A stretch of DNA of 64,000 nucleotides from an uncultured virus (IMG/VR IMGVR_UViG_3300046520_000318) (Duplodnaviria; Heunggongvirae; Uroviricota; Caudoviricetes). The stretch's first letter is position 1; every line of letters starts with the position of its first letter. Positions 55,589 through 64,000 of this stretch are shown in pieces. The DNA is taken from the IMG/VR virus record IMGVR_UViG_3300046520_000318. The stretch is one strand, 5' to 3'. The notes beneath the pieces are model-generated. The model made no database searches. It saw only the letters and a program-made list of their open reading frames with translations, and was not told where the DNA came from. The position numbers were made by a program, and so were the translations under genes.

Positions 55589-55859
55589 GAACCCTCTGGC
55601 GGATTGGCGGGTGGCTATTAAGGCTCGCGACGATCTGGTCACCGATCCGGAGGCCCATCGGCGCAAGCTGGTCGACCTGTCCATGCTCGCGCGCCGCCGG
55701 AACCAGGTCAGCGCTGAAGAGTTGAACGAAATGCTCGATCTTTCGGACGCGGCCAGGCTCTGGGGATTGCTCGAATGGGAGGAGGCCGAACTCATCGGTC
55801 TTTTCGATGGCGGTACGTGCCCGGAGGATGGCATTCAAATAATAAGAGGGAGAGGGTGA
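55581..55859 (+). CDS. Small hypothetical protein co-transcribed with the SOS gene
   Basis: Overlapping ORF; start codon uncertain. Confidence 0.55.
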   Translation: MVENPLADWRVAIKARDDLVTDPEAHRRKLVDLSMLARRRNQVSAEELNEMLDLSDAARLWGLLEWEEAELIGLFDGGTCPEDGIQIIRGRG

Positions 55860-56008
55860 ACGTCGGCAGGACGCCGGGGACATGGCTTAAAATCCACAGT
55901 GACTTTCCGAGTGACATAGTGAATTACGGTAAAACGCGGTTAGGCATCGTTGCAGCGAGCGCCAAGCCAGAGAGCCTTATGTTATGCGGGCTGTAGGCCA
56001 GTCCGCTT

Positions 56009-56055
56009 GCATGGGGTGCTAGGGGTCGAGTGTTCGAATCACTCCGTCCCGACCA
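56009..56055 (+). repeat. att core: 3' half of tRNA-Pro(GGG) at the prophage 1/prophage 2 junction
   Basis: GCATGGGGTGCTAGGGGTCGAGTGTTCGAATCACTCCGTCCCGACCA has anticodon loop, T-arm and CCA end; no D-arm or 5' acceptor strand upstream. Confidence 0.88.
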
Positions 56056-56063
56056 TATTTTGT

Positions 56064-56100
56064 AAAGGGAATCAGCTACTTACAGGCTTGATTCCCTTTT
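56064..56100. terminator. Terminator hairpin between the tRNA fragment and integrase 2
   Basis: AAAGGGAATCA...TGATTCCCTTT followed by a T run. Confidence 0.75.
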
Positions 56101-56113
56101 TCATTTCTGGTCG

Positions 56114-56144
56114 GCGCAAAACCCGCGCAAAACTGGCGCAAAAC
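56114..56144. repeat. Three direct repeats GCGCAAAAC (11-bp period), probable integrase arm-type sites
   Basis: Copies at 56114, 56125 and 56136, between the att core and the int stop. Confidence 0.65.
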
Positions 56145-57259
56145 TATCCGGCGATTTCGCTGATATCCAGGTCAGGAACGGCCTCTGACCAGACCACTTC
56201 AGCGTGATCCTTCTGGTAGTTTTTGGTCATCTCCTCGCTGGCGTGACCAGCAATCTTTTGCCCATCCTTTCCGGCTTTCTTGTACAGGTGCAGTGACAGC
56301 GCTCTGACTTCATGGAAGCCCGGCATCTCTTCTTCTTTCCATCCCTTGTAACAATCCGCTGCCTCCCGCGCCTCCTTGAAAGCCCTGGTCAGATACCGTT
56401 CCTCAATTTTGGTCCAGTGCTCTTTCGTTTCAGCCTGCTTCTGTTTCTTTCGCTCCGGCCGCCGGTGGATGAGAAACGGGGAGACGATGTTGTCTCGGCA
56501 ATGGCTGATGACCCGCTGAAGCTCTGGTGTGACCCTGAACCGGATCCATGCCATGTCCGAAGCTTTGGCGGTCTTCTGCTGGACCACGTAGAGGTACCCA
56601 TCCTTCACGTCTTCAAACTTCATGGACAGAATGTCGGTGCGGCGCTGCGCTGTAATCAGCGCCAGATCGATTGCGTTCTGCAGCCAAGCGGGCGATTTCT
56701 CCCGGATGGATTTCAGGCCTTCGACGGTGTGGCGCTTGCGGGCTTTCTTTTCGATCCGGCTGATCGTGCTCATTGCGGGGTTGTCGGGGCACAGCCCCTT
56801 CGCTGCGGCGTGGTTGAATATGTCGATCAGCAGCGCGCGGCACTGGTTTGCAGTACGAGGCGTTACCGAATCCAGCAGCTCGGCGATCATGCGAATTGTG
56901 ATCTGGTCGATGGCCTTGCCTTCGAACGCCTTCCGAAAACGTCGAAAGTGCACTCCGTACAGGTCGAGCGTCCCTTGGGAGAGCTCGCGAGGAGGCAGCA
57001 CCTTCTTTTCATACTGGGTCAGGAATGCGGTGAACAGCTCGGCAGACTCGCCCATCACTGAATTAACCAGGTCGGCGCCCTGCATGAAGGCGAGGTTCAA
57101 TTGCTTGGCCGCGTCCACCGCCTTGACCCGATCGGCCCCGAACGGAAACCATTTGCCGTCGGTTGGCCTGCGGTAGCGATAGGTGCCGCGCCGATCATCC
57201 AGGTAGAGATTAGGCGGCAAGCCTCTGTTTGACTTGTTGCGCGGCCGTGGGACCATCAT
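56144..57259 (-). CDS. int: Lambda-type tyrosine integrase
   Basis: Arm-binding N-terminus (LPPNLY...YRYRRP); TAQRR, FHEVR, AGH and Y motifs. Confidence 0.93.
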   Translation of the reverse strand: MMVPRPRNKSNRGLPPNLYLDDRRGTYRYRRPTDGKWFPFGADRVKAVDAAKQLNLAFMQGADLVNSVMGESAELFTAFLTQYEKKVLPPRELSQGTLDLYGVHFRRFRKAFEGKAIDQITIRMIAELLDSVTPRTANQCRALLIDIFNHAAAKGLCPDNPAMSTISRIEKKARKRHTVEGLKSIREKSPAWLQNAIDLALITAQRRTDILSMKFEDVKDGYLYVVQQKTAKASDMAWIRFRVTPELQRVISHCRDNIVSPFLIHRRPERKKQKQAETKEHWTKIEERYLTRAFKEAREAADCYKGWKEEEMPGFHEVRALSLHLYKKAGKDGQKIAGHASEEMTKNYQKDHAEVVWSEAVPDLDISEIAG

Positions 57260-57468
57260 GCAGCTCCTTTCAATACCATCGCTACGAGCTCGTTGCCGGC
57301 GGACTTGTTGAAGGCCGCCCAATCGATATACCAGAGTTTCCCGATTTGCTCGCCCGGAAGCTTGCCGTCTCGGATGTAGTTGCGGATCGCCTGGGAGCAG
57401 GGGGGTGTACCGTTCTCCCCCCAGCGCCGGCGGCGGAATTCGCTGATCTTGATCAGTTCGCGCTTCAT
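57256..57468 (-). CDS. Excisionase-like protein
   Basis: IRNYIRDGKLPGEQIGKLWYID winged HTH; coupled to int. Confidence 0.75.
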   Translation of the reverse strand: MKRELIKISEFRRRRWGENGTPPCSQAIRNYIRDGKLPGEQIGKLWYIDWAAFNKSAGNELVAMVLKGAA

Positions 57469-57490
57469 GTTGGCTACCTCCGTCCGGGGT

Positions 57491-57736
57491 CTATGCGGGG
57501 TTGATCGGGTGAGCAATGCCTTCAGCGATGACATTTTCAACTGAGAGCGCCAAGCTCACGGCATCGCCCAGGTACACCTGATTAAGCGCTACGTCCTGAT
57601 GCGCCACGATCGAATCGGTGAGTTCTTCCATATCACTCAAGGTTTGCAGTGCTTGGTGTCGAACCTGTTCGATAGTCAGGCCCTCGGGCACTTCGAAGAC
57701 GGTGGTAACGGTGGTGGTAACGCTGATTTTTGGCAT
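57491..57736 (-). CDS. Hypothetical protein
   Basis: GGGAG RBS; occupies the slot held by the phosphatase in prophage 1. Confidence 0.6.
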   Translation of the reverse strand: MPKISVTTTVTTVFEVPEGLTIEQVRHQALQTLSDMEELTDSIVAHQDVALNQVYLGDAVSLALSVENVIAEGIAHPINPA

Positions 57737-57790
57737 GAGTATCTCCCGCCCGCCGTACACCGGCAGGCATGTGGATAGATGGGGAAGGGG

Positions 57791-58240
57791 TTACTTGTCA
57801 GATGTGCGCTTGCGCGCGGCAAGCACCAGGGCTTTCGAAGCCTTGGCGACACCACCGACAACGTCGTCGGGCAGGATTGCGGTATTACAGTGCGGGCATA
57901 GCGGCGCGGTCTTTGTGCTGCGCCAGGCTTCGTCCATCACCTTCGCCGCCCGGCTGCGCGCCTGGAATTGTTCGGCCTCAGCCAGCTCAGCCTCGCGGCG
58001 CTTGATCCGCCCAGCCGCCGCGCTGAACATGCTCACCAGTCCCTCAAATGCATCGAAGGCCTCAACCTCGGTCTCGCAATCACTGCACCAGATGCGGCGC
58101 TCGTTGTGGTCGTAGACGAGCTTCCGGTGTTGGCATGAAGATGTCGGCCGGCGCGTCAAACCCCGCGCTACCCGCAAGTCTTCGATCTGGACGACCTTCA
58201 CGCCGTATAGGTAGTCCTGCGGTTCAATTGGTGCGCTCAT
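57791..58240 (-). CDS. Hypothetical zinc-binding protein
   Basis: CQH...CSDC...CPHC. Confidence 0.7.
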   Translation of the reverse strand: MSAPIEPQDYLYGVKVVQIEDLRVARGLTRRPTSSCQHRKLVYDHNERRIWCSDCETEVEAFDAFEGLVSMFSAAAGRIKRREAELAEAEQFQARSRAAKVMDEAWRSTKTAPLCPHCNTAILPDDVVGGVAKASKALVLAARKRTSDK

Positions 58241-58389
58241 GCCGCCTCCTTGCCGCGCTGCCACCAGATCCAAGCCGATGCGATCCTCGGCAATGAATAG
58301 CTATCGTGGAGTCGTTGAGCTTTGATGAACTCGACGTTTTCGTCGATGTAATCGGCGTAGGCCTGTTCGAATTGGTCGCGACTTGTCAT
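58237..58389 (-). CDS. Small hypothetical protein (50 aa), homologue of 2586..2741
   Basis: MTSRDQFEQAYA...WWQRGKEAA, read by hand. Confidence 0.8.
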   Translation of the reverse strand: MTSRDQFEQAYADYIDENVEFIKAQRLHDSYSLPRIASAWIWWQRGKEAA

Positions 58390-58790
58390 GGCGATTCCTG
58401 CTGAATTTGTTCATCGACCCATTTGCGCATGCGCTGCCAACGCTGCTCTGGTGTCTCTGCGTTCCAGCAGCCCTCGTCATTCATGAAGACGATTTCTGCA
58501 GCCAGCGCTGGTGCTATGCCGAAAGCTTCGGCGACCTCCTCGCGGTCTGCAGGGTCGAGCTTGTCCATACCGACCCCGCGCTTTGCGCCGAGAACGCCGA
58601 TGGCGCAGAAATCGCCGTCGGCCTCAAGCACATCCGCCACCAGTCGCCGCTCCTGCATGGCATCCAGCGCGTCGCGCAGCTCAGTCAGGAACGCCTGACC
58701 GCGCTTACCCTTGATGGCCGATGTCACCGCACCGCGCCAGCAAATCAGGCTCCAACCGTCACAGTCGTCGCTATATCCGCTGCGACTCAT
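58386..58790 (-). CDS. Conserved hypothetical phage protein
   Basis: MSRSGYSDD...GKRGQAFL.EL...EIVFMNDE. Confidence 0.75.
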   Translation of the reverse strand: MSRSGYSDDCDGWSLICWRGAVTSAIKGKRGQAFLTELRDALDAMQERRLVADVLEADGDFCAIGVLGAKRGVGMDKLDPADREEVAEAFGIAPALAAEIVFMNDEGCWNAETPEQRWQRMRKWVDEQIQQESP

Positions 58791-59353
58791 GATTTCACCC
58801 CCTGGCCGAGCAGCACATCGGTGACTATTTCCCACAGCTTGGCCGGCGACCACTGGAAACGGTCGAAGTCTGTGTCGGGCTGTACGCCGAACCGGCATGT
58901 CGAGTGAGCGCCTGCTGGGAACTCGCTCTGCTTCTGCATGATTGTTGCGACTCGGCCGTCCCCGCCTGGATCTGTTCGATGGTATTCGTAAGCGCGAGTG
59001 CCGTAGTCGTTGCCCGCGCGAACCTCGAAGACCGGGCCGCGCTCCAGAATCGCTCGTCCGTCCGGCGTCCATGGCCGTCCACCGTTAGCCCCGCGCTTGC
59101 CCTCATGCAGGTAAAGGACGAAGTCGCCTTCGTCATGGCGCTGCATGTCGTAGCAGTGATTGATCTGCGTCCCGACCAGCACGCGCGACACGAAGTCGAA
59201 GCGGTGGTCGTGGATTGCTGAATGCTCGAAGCAGCTCCGGCGCGGCAACTCCGGGTGCCAGACGTGCAGCCTCTGGTTACCTTCCAGCTGCACCTGGACA
59301 AAGCCAAGGCCGTGCAGGGTGATTCTGTCGGTCATGATGTCGTCGATGATCAT
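58787..59353 (-). CDS. Cupin-like (HDH motif) phage protein
   Basis: HGLGFVQ...LHVWH...IHDHRF...EYH. Confidence 0.6.
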   Translation of the reverse strand: MIIDDIMTDRITLHGLGFVQVQLEGNQRLHVWHPELPRRSCFEHSAIHDHRFDFVSRVLVGTQINHCYDMQRHDEGDFVLYLHEGKRGANGGRPWTPDGRAILERGPVFEVRAGNDYGTRAYEYHRTDPGGDGRVATIMQKQSEFPAGAHSTCRFGVQPDTDFDRFQWSPAKLWEIVTDVLLGQGVKS

Positions 59354-59679
59354 GGCGTCACCACTCGCCGAGCCCACCAGCAGACCGGGCCGTCATCCGT
59401 GTCGTGGATGGACAAGCAGAACCACTCTTCGCCTTCTGGGCGGTCAGGCTCCCAGTAGTCGAAGGCACCATCGCCGGACTCGAAGTAACGCTCCGATACC
59501 TCTTCGTCGCTGTGGTACTCGAGGCTCACCATTTTCACTTCCAAGCCCTGCTCGGCGATCCAGGCTTTGCACTTGGCTTCGTCGCCTTCATCGAAGTCGG
59601 GCATATCTGGGTGGTAGAAGGCGCCATATTCGTCGCGCACGACCGGTGTTGGTTGAATCAATATGATTTCTTCAGGCAT
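59350..59679 (-). CDS. Conserved hypothetical phage protein
   Basis: RDEYG.FYHPD...WEP..PEGEEWF.LSIHDTDDGP. Confidence 0.75.
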   Translation of the reverse strand: MPEEIILIQPTPVVRDEYGAFYHPDMPDFDEGDEAKCKAWIAEQGLEVKMVSLEYHSDEEVSERYFESGDGAFDYWEPDRPEGEEWFCLSIHDTDDGPVCWWARRVVTP

Positions 59680-59824
59680 GACTTCGTCCTCGCCGCATAC
59701 GCAGCAGGCAATTGGAATGAGATTTATGAGCCGTCGATCCGGTTGAATTGAATTAGCTGATCAAACACGACTCACAGATAGATGGAATCGATAACCGATT
59801 GCTTTTAGTAAGTAGGTTTTCCGC

Positions 59825-60043
59825 ATGCAGACCGCAGACGATTTCCGTTTCACAGCCCATTCGCTCCTACTTGCCTTGGATGAGTCGACCATCAATATGA
59901 TGAAGATTGTGGTGCTCTCTTCCATGGGAAGTCCTGCCTGGAAGTCTGCCGTCATCGTTCAGCAGGCGTCGTTCGCCGCTCTGCATCTGCATCTCGGGCA
60001 TGTAGACGCTCCAGCTTTAATGCTGCAGGGGTCGGTCAGATAG
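59825..60043 (+). CDS. Small moron protein
   Basis: Opposite strand, AT-rich leader, flanked by a 13-bp direct repeat. Confidence 0.55.
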   Translation: MQTADDFRFTAHSLLLALDESTINMMKIVVLSSMGSPAWKSAVIVQQASFAALHLHLGHVDAPALMLQGSVR

Positions 60044-60149
60044 CCGCGCAGCAGGCAATGGGGATATGGTTGGGCCGAACGGGCGTAGGGGTTACTTGTT
60101 CTGGCGTGAGGCTTCAGCAGCGCACAAGGCGCCGAATTCCTTCAAGGTT

Positions 60150-60875
60150 TCATCCCTCGTCGCCGCAGCAATCGGGGCAATCGCGCACAAGATCCCCTGC
60201 TTTTGGACCGGTAACTGTCTTCTCGTCCAGGCAGAGCAGGCACAAAGGCTCTTCACCCTTCGCGGCTGGCGCGGATTGGAACTCGACAGCAGGGCAGAAC
60301 TTGCGGGCCTCGTCGAGAAGTGGCGCAGACCATTCGCGGCCAACTCCGTCATCGAAGGCGAACAACATACCGCCAAGCAACTCCCGCGCCTTGGTCAGTT
60401 CGGATTGAAACATACGCCGAGACTTCAGTAATTCTTCACGCTCGCGCAGCAACGCAAGACGGGTCTGCTCTTGCCGCTCCACCTCAGCCTTGAGGGCGTC
60501 ACGCTCACCTGCAAGGCTCCCGATTTGGCCAGCTCTTGCGCATAGCTCAGCTTGCAACCGGGTGACGTCGGCGCGGTCTACCAGTTCGGTTACTTCGTAC
60601 CCGGCCGCCCAATGCGGGAATGCCTTGTGGTACGACTTTGCCGTGCCGTCGTCGATCATGTGGCCCAGCACTTCCACTTCCACTTCCACTTCCACATCCA
60701 CACCAGCAGGCGGCACAGGTACGCCGGCGAGCATGTCCCGCGCCAGTGCCTTCAGGGTCGTGCTCGCGATGTTTTTCACGTCAACGCTGGCGGCATAACC
60801 ACACTCACCGTGCTTCTGTACGACGATCACGCCGTTGTCGTGCTGATCGATTTGCCACCCATTTGGAATGTTCAT
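60150..60875 (-). CDS. Mosaic coiled-coil accessory protein with (EV)n repeat
   Basis: Shares PPAG and VTRLQAE motifs with 3606..4511. Confidence 0.65.
   Translation of the reverse strand: MNIPNGWQIDQHDNGVIVVQKHGECGYAASVDVKNIASTTLKALARDMLAGVPVPPAGVDVEVEVEVEVLGHMIDDGTAKSYHKAFPHWAAGYEVTELVDRADVTRLQAELCARAGQIGSLAGERDALKAEVERQEQTRLALLREREELLKSRRMFQSELTKARELLGGMLFAFDDGVGREWSAPLLDEARKFCPAVEFQSAPAAKGEEPLCLLCLDEKTVTGPKAGDLVRDCPDCCGDEG
60669..60704. repeat. Hexanucleotide tandem repeat (CACTTC)4 plus 2 degenerate units
   Basis: Directly visible; encodes GVDVEVEVEVEV on the minus strand. Confidence 0.9.
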
Positions 60876-61075
60876 AACCCCTCCTGCGAGTACGTGCCTA
60901 CTTCGCCCTGGTCGGCGGCGTTGGCGGCTTGGATGATTTGGCGTCCGATTTCTCGGGCCTGCTTTGGCGTAATCGGTCCGAACGGAAGAAGTCTCAGGGC
61001 GATCACCGGCCCGTCGTCATCGAGGTTGAAAATCGTCGCCTCGACCTTGTGCTGAAAACTTGTCGCGAATGGCAT
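60872..61075 (-). CDS. Small hypothetical protein
   Basis: C-terminus IIQAANAADQGEVGTY is shared with 4508..4828. Confidence 0.6.
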   Translation of the reverse strand: MPFATSFQHKVEATIFNLDDDGPVIALRLLPFGPITPKQAREIGRQIIQAANAADQGEVGTYSQEGL

Positions 61076-61144
61076 GGCGATATCCCTGTAGCCCAATCAG
61101 GTTACTTTTCGAGATGTAACCTCTGGAGGTTACTTTGGGGTTGG

Positions 61145-63226
61145 TCAGGCGGCGACGGCTTGGCGTTCAGCGGCGCGCCATGGGTCGTTGGCGCGGGCGA
61201 GGGCGGCCATCGGCGGCGGGCTTACGCTGTTGCCGCACATGTGGACCTGCTCGGTCTTCGTGAACGGCTTGCCGTCGGCGCCGTGCGTGATGATGTAGTC
61301 CGGTGGGAATCCCTGCGCCCGGTACAGCTCAGCCGGTTGCAGCATCCGCAGCCTGATATCGACGATCACATAGGGCGTGCCCTTTACCATGACGATGACC
61401 AGGCCCAGCCGATCCTTGGTCGTGATCGTGGGCGCCGGCTGATCGCAGGTGCTCATGTTCTCTGTGCCGTAGTAGCTGATCAGGAATGCAGCAACCCGCA
61501 GCGCGCCTTCTTCATGCTCGGGCGAAAGCTCAAAGCTGACTAGCGAACTCTTTCCGTCACCACCGGCAGTGATCGTCGGCGATGGGTCGGTCAGTGCCTG
61601 GCCAACGCTGGTGCCGAACTGACGTTCCATGAAGGCAGTCATCAGGCCGTGGTGGGTGCCGCCGGCACTGACAGTATGCAAGGGTTCATCCGCCGCCCTG
61701 GCATCACAATTACCTCGCAGGTGCAGGAGACTTGCCGTCACCAGTTGCTGCTGACTGCCGGTATTCGTCACCGTGGTCATCGGGTCATTGAGGCTTTTCG
61801 CGTCGGTGGTGTTGAAACCGCCATTCATTTGCGCCATGAATGCGGTGGCGATGCCCATGGCGTGGGCGGCGCCTGCTGGGCGCTGGTAGTTGCCGCCGCT
61901 GGTTATCGTGGGAAGTGGATCGTCCAGCGCTTTGCCTTCATCGTCGAACCGGAATTTGACCAGGTGCGCTGAAGCGATGGCGGTGTCTGCCTTTGCCGTC
62001 ACGGTATACATCGGATCAGCGGCTGAGCGTGGCTCGGTTTGTCCAGCTCTGCCGCCGACCCCGGCCAGAATCGGGCTGATCAATGTCAGTTCGCCCCGGT
62101 TGGCGCAGGTCACGGTCGGCAGAGGTTCGAGCGGGTCGTTGATGCGGTCGCTGCCCTGGTGGGTTGCTGGCGCGATCACCGGGCTGACTACAGAGAACGA
62201 ACCGCCTTTAGGGTATGAAGTCACAGCGCGCAGCGGCTCATCCATCGACTGCACCGCCTCAGTTGACCAGTTCGCGATCGGTACGATGAAGGGGATAGGG
62301 TTGTCGATAACGAACTTCTTCATGCCTTTGGCTATGCGCCGCTTGGTGGCATCGGCCAACTCATCCTTTCGTCCGAAGATGCTTTTGCCCAGATCGCTGA
62401 AATCGATGCACTCGGCGGCGGTGCGGTATTTCTGCTGACCTTTCGCGGGCTTCTTGGCGTGTGTCGGCTCTGGCCACACAATCGGCTGACCGTCGGAACG
62501 GGCGATCATAAATAGACGCTCCCGGCTGGTCGGCGCGCCAAAGTCGCAGGCCTTGATAACACGCCACTCGACGGCGTAGCCCATGCCTTCCAATAGCTGT
62601 ACGAACCGGCGCCAGGTGGTGCCGCGCCGCTTTGGATCAGGAACCAGAAATTGCTGGCCGACCGGGACAACCTCGGCAGGTGCCGCAACAACCTTCTCGA
62701 TGACTTCCTTCCCTTTGGCGTTCAGCACGGTCACAAGCTTGATGGCCCGTCCGCTTTCCTTGTCGCGTTTGGCGATCAGCGGACCCCACTGCAGGATCTG
62801 CTTCACGTTTTCCAGGCTGATGACGCGGGGCTTTTTCTTGCCAGCCCACTTCAGGCCAATCCACGACAGGTTGCGAATCTCGCGCTTACGTGGCTGGCCG
62901 CCTGCCGCCTGGCTGTGGTGCGTGCAATCCGGCGACATGTGGAACCAGCCAACCGCCTTGCCGCTGCACTCCGTATCCGGATCACCCTCGAACACGTCGG
63001 TGGTGAAGTGTTTTGCACCCGGGTGATTGATGGTGTGCATGCTGATTGCTTTGGCGCTGTGGTTCTTCGCCACGCTGACTTTGCGGCCCAGCCCCATTTC
63101 CAGCCCGGTACCGGCGCCGCCACCGCCGCAGAAGAAGTCCACGACGATCTCATCGTCTTGCGGGTCGAAGCCAAGGCCGTACTGCGTTTTGAAATCGAAG
63201 GGGTGTTTTTTCTGATGCGCGGACAT
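61145..63226 (-). CDS. Orphan DNA (cytosine-5) methyltransferase
   Basis: DFFCGGGG (motif I), SPDC (IV), ENV (VI), RERLF (VIII), CGNSV (X). Confidence 0.93.
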   Translation of the reverse strand: MSAHQKKHPFDFKTQYGLGFDPQDDEIVVDFFCGGGGAGTGLEMGLGRKVSVAKNHSAKAISMHTINHPGAKHFTTDVFEGDPDTECSGKAVGWFHMSPDCTHHSQAAGGQPRKREIRNLSWIGLKWAGKKKPRVISLENVKQILQWGPLIAKRDKESGRAIKLVTVLNAKGKEVIEKVVAAPAEVVPVGQQFLVPDPKRRGTTWRRFVQLLEGMGYAVEWRVIKACDFGAPTSRERLFMIARSDGQPIVWPEPTHAKKPAKGQQKYRTAAECIDFSDLGKSIFGRKDELADATKRRIAKGMKKFVIDNPIPFIVPIANWSTEAVQSMDEPLRAVTSYPKGGSFSVVSPVIAPATHQGSDRINDPLEPLPTVTCANRGELTLISPILAGVGGRAGQTEPRSAADPMYTVTAKADTAIASAHLVKFRFDDEGKALDDPLPTITSGGNYQRPAGAAHAMGIATAFMAQMNGGFNTTDAKSLNDPMTTVTNTGSQQQLVTASLLHLRGNCDARAADEPLHTVSAGGTHHGLMTAFMERQFGTSVGQALTDPSPTITAGGDGKSSLVSFELSPEHEEGALRVAAFLISYYGTENMSTCDQPAPTITTKDRLGLVIVMVKGTPYVIVDIRLRMLQPAELYRAQGFPPDYIITHGADGKPFTKTEQVHMCGNSVSPPPMAALARANDPWRAAERQAVAA

Positions 63227-63272
63227 GTAAGCTCCTCGCCATACGGCGATAACAAATCAATAGGTGAGATGG

Positions 63273-63803
63273 ATGGCAAAAAGGAAGATTTACTCGCAGG
63301 GCGAATTCGACGGGTCTTGCTTTCTCTACAGCGTCGCCAATGCGATTCGCGCCGTTACAGGGAAGGGTATTTCACGGGCTGATTGGCAACGCGCCATCGA
63401 AGGGATGCCGTTTCGAACCACGGAGTTTCTTGGCGGTTACGGCACAGGAGCGCTTGATCGCTTTCCTGATGCACTTTCGGTCTTTGCAAAGTCCTTTGCT
63501 CGCAGCCTGCGATCTACCGTGGCCGTCGAGACCTTGCCGAAGCTGACTTCGGTGGATCTTGAGACTGGGTTAGGCGAAGGGCACGTGGTAATTGCTTCGA
63601 TTGATGCTGGCGATCACTGGGTCGTTGTACTGGATGTGTTTGACGGGGTGGCGTTCTGCGCGTGTTCTTGGGAGGCTAACGCGGGCAACGCAGAGTACAA
63701 GGAGCTCCCGACACGACACGGTCATATCTACAACATGACCCGTCCTGTCGCAGACCTAAAGCTGTGGAAGGGCCCGGGTTTCTACCTCAGTCGCATACAG
63801 TGA
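63273..63803 (+). CDS. Papain-fold/C39-like cysteine peptidase domain protein (moron)
   Basis: Q.EFDGSC.LYSVAN...DHWVVV: oxyanion Gln, Cys and His pattern. Confidence 0.6.
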   Translation: MAKRKIYSQGEFDGSCFLYSVANAIRAVTGKGISRADWQRAIEGMPFRTTEFLGGYGTGALDRFPDALSVFAKSFARSLRSTVAVETLPKLTSVDLETGLGEGHVVIASIDAGDHWVVVLDVFDGVAFCACSWEANAGNAEYKELPTRHGHIYNMTRPVADLKLWKGPGFYLSRIQ

Positions 63804-64000
63804 GATCGGAGCGCTAACTATATTTCCAGACATCCTGTACCTATACATCCGCTTGAGGGGCGCTAAGCTATTGAACGGCTTCTTACGGGACGTCCTGTTC
63901 GTCCTGCCATGAGCCCGGCCAATTTACCCTGCTCTGCGGCGCCTTTGCGGTGTGACTAATGATTCAAACAGAGGTTTAAGTATTAATGCCTGCACTCAAC

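Larger units (their letters stand above)
1..56055. mobile_element. Prophage 1: near-complete temperate phage with lambdoid control region and podovirus-like virion module; left att site lies outside the window
   Basis: Colinear int-xis-accessory-cI/cro-replication-ninG-holin-terminase-portal-capsid-tail-lysis order, ending at a tRNA 3' fragment. No tape-measure or sheath gene recognised. Confidence 0.93.
56056..64000. mobile_element. Prophage 2 (left arm only; continues beyond the window)
   Basis: att-int-xis-accessory genes-methyltransferase order, partly homologous to the left arm of prophage 1. Confidence 0.9.

Noticed and set aside
55980..56055. Intact tRNA-Pro gene
   Set aside because: The upstream sequence lacks a D-arm and a 5' acceptor strand, and the anticodon stem is mismatched (CTTGC/GCTAG); only the 3' half is present.
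63835..63850. Possible LexA box
   Set aside because: CTGTACCTATACATCC lacks the ACAG half-site at the correct spacing.
63951..63958. Minus-strand AGTCACA in prophage 2
   Set aside because: No -10-like hexamer follows it and no TTG lies at the conserved distance, so it is not counted in the regulon.

Overview
The window contains two head-to-tail temperate prophages of a GC-rich gammaproteobacterium, most likely Pseudomonas judging by the gene families and the tRNA-Pro sequence. Prophage 1 (1..~56055) looks nearly complete. It has a tyrosine integrase and xis, a leftward accessory and recombination arm, a lambdoid cI/cro switch with five 13-bp operators, replication and nin genes, holins, terminase, portal, scaffold, an N4-gp56-like capsid, podovirus-type tail and ejection genes, a multi-gene fibre module, and endolysin with spanins. 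It ends at the 3' half of a tRNA-Pro(GGG), an att core. Prophage 2 starts there with a different integrase, xis, accessory genes and a C5 methyltransferase, and runs off the window. The most unusual signals are non-coding. (1) Nine copies of a promoter-like element, TTGnnn-N8-CAGTCACA-TAnnnT, head almost every late module of a phage in which I see no Q gene. (2) The ~200-nt capsid leader carries 3-4 tandem H-type pseudoknots. (3) A long spaced palindrome, GCGCCAC-N20/21-GTGGCGC, occurs four times. (4) There is a c4-like antisense RNA fold. (5) Conserved boundary sequences shared by the two prophages delimit exchangeable gene slots. All functional calls come from motif recognition by eye; no database searches were run.
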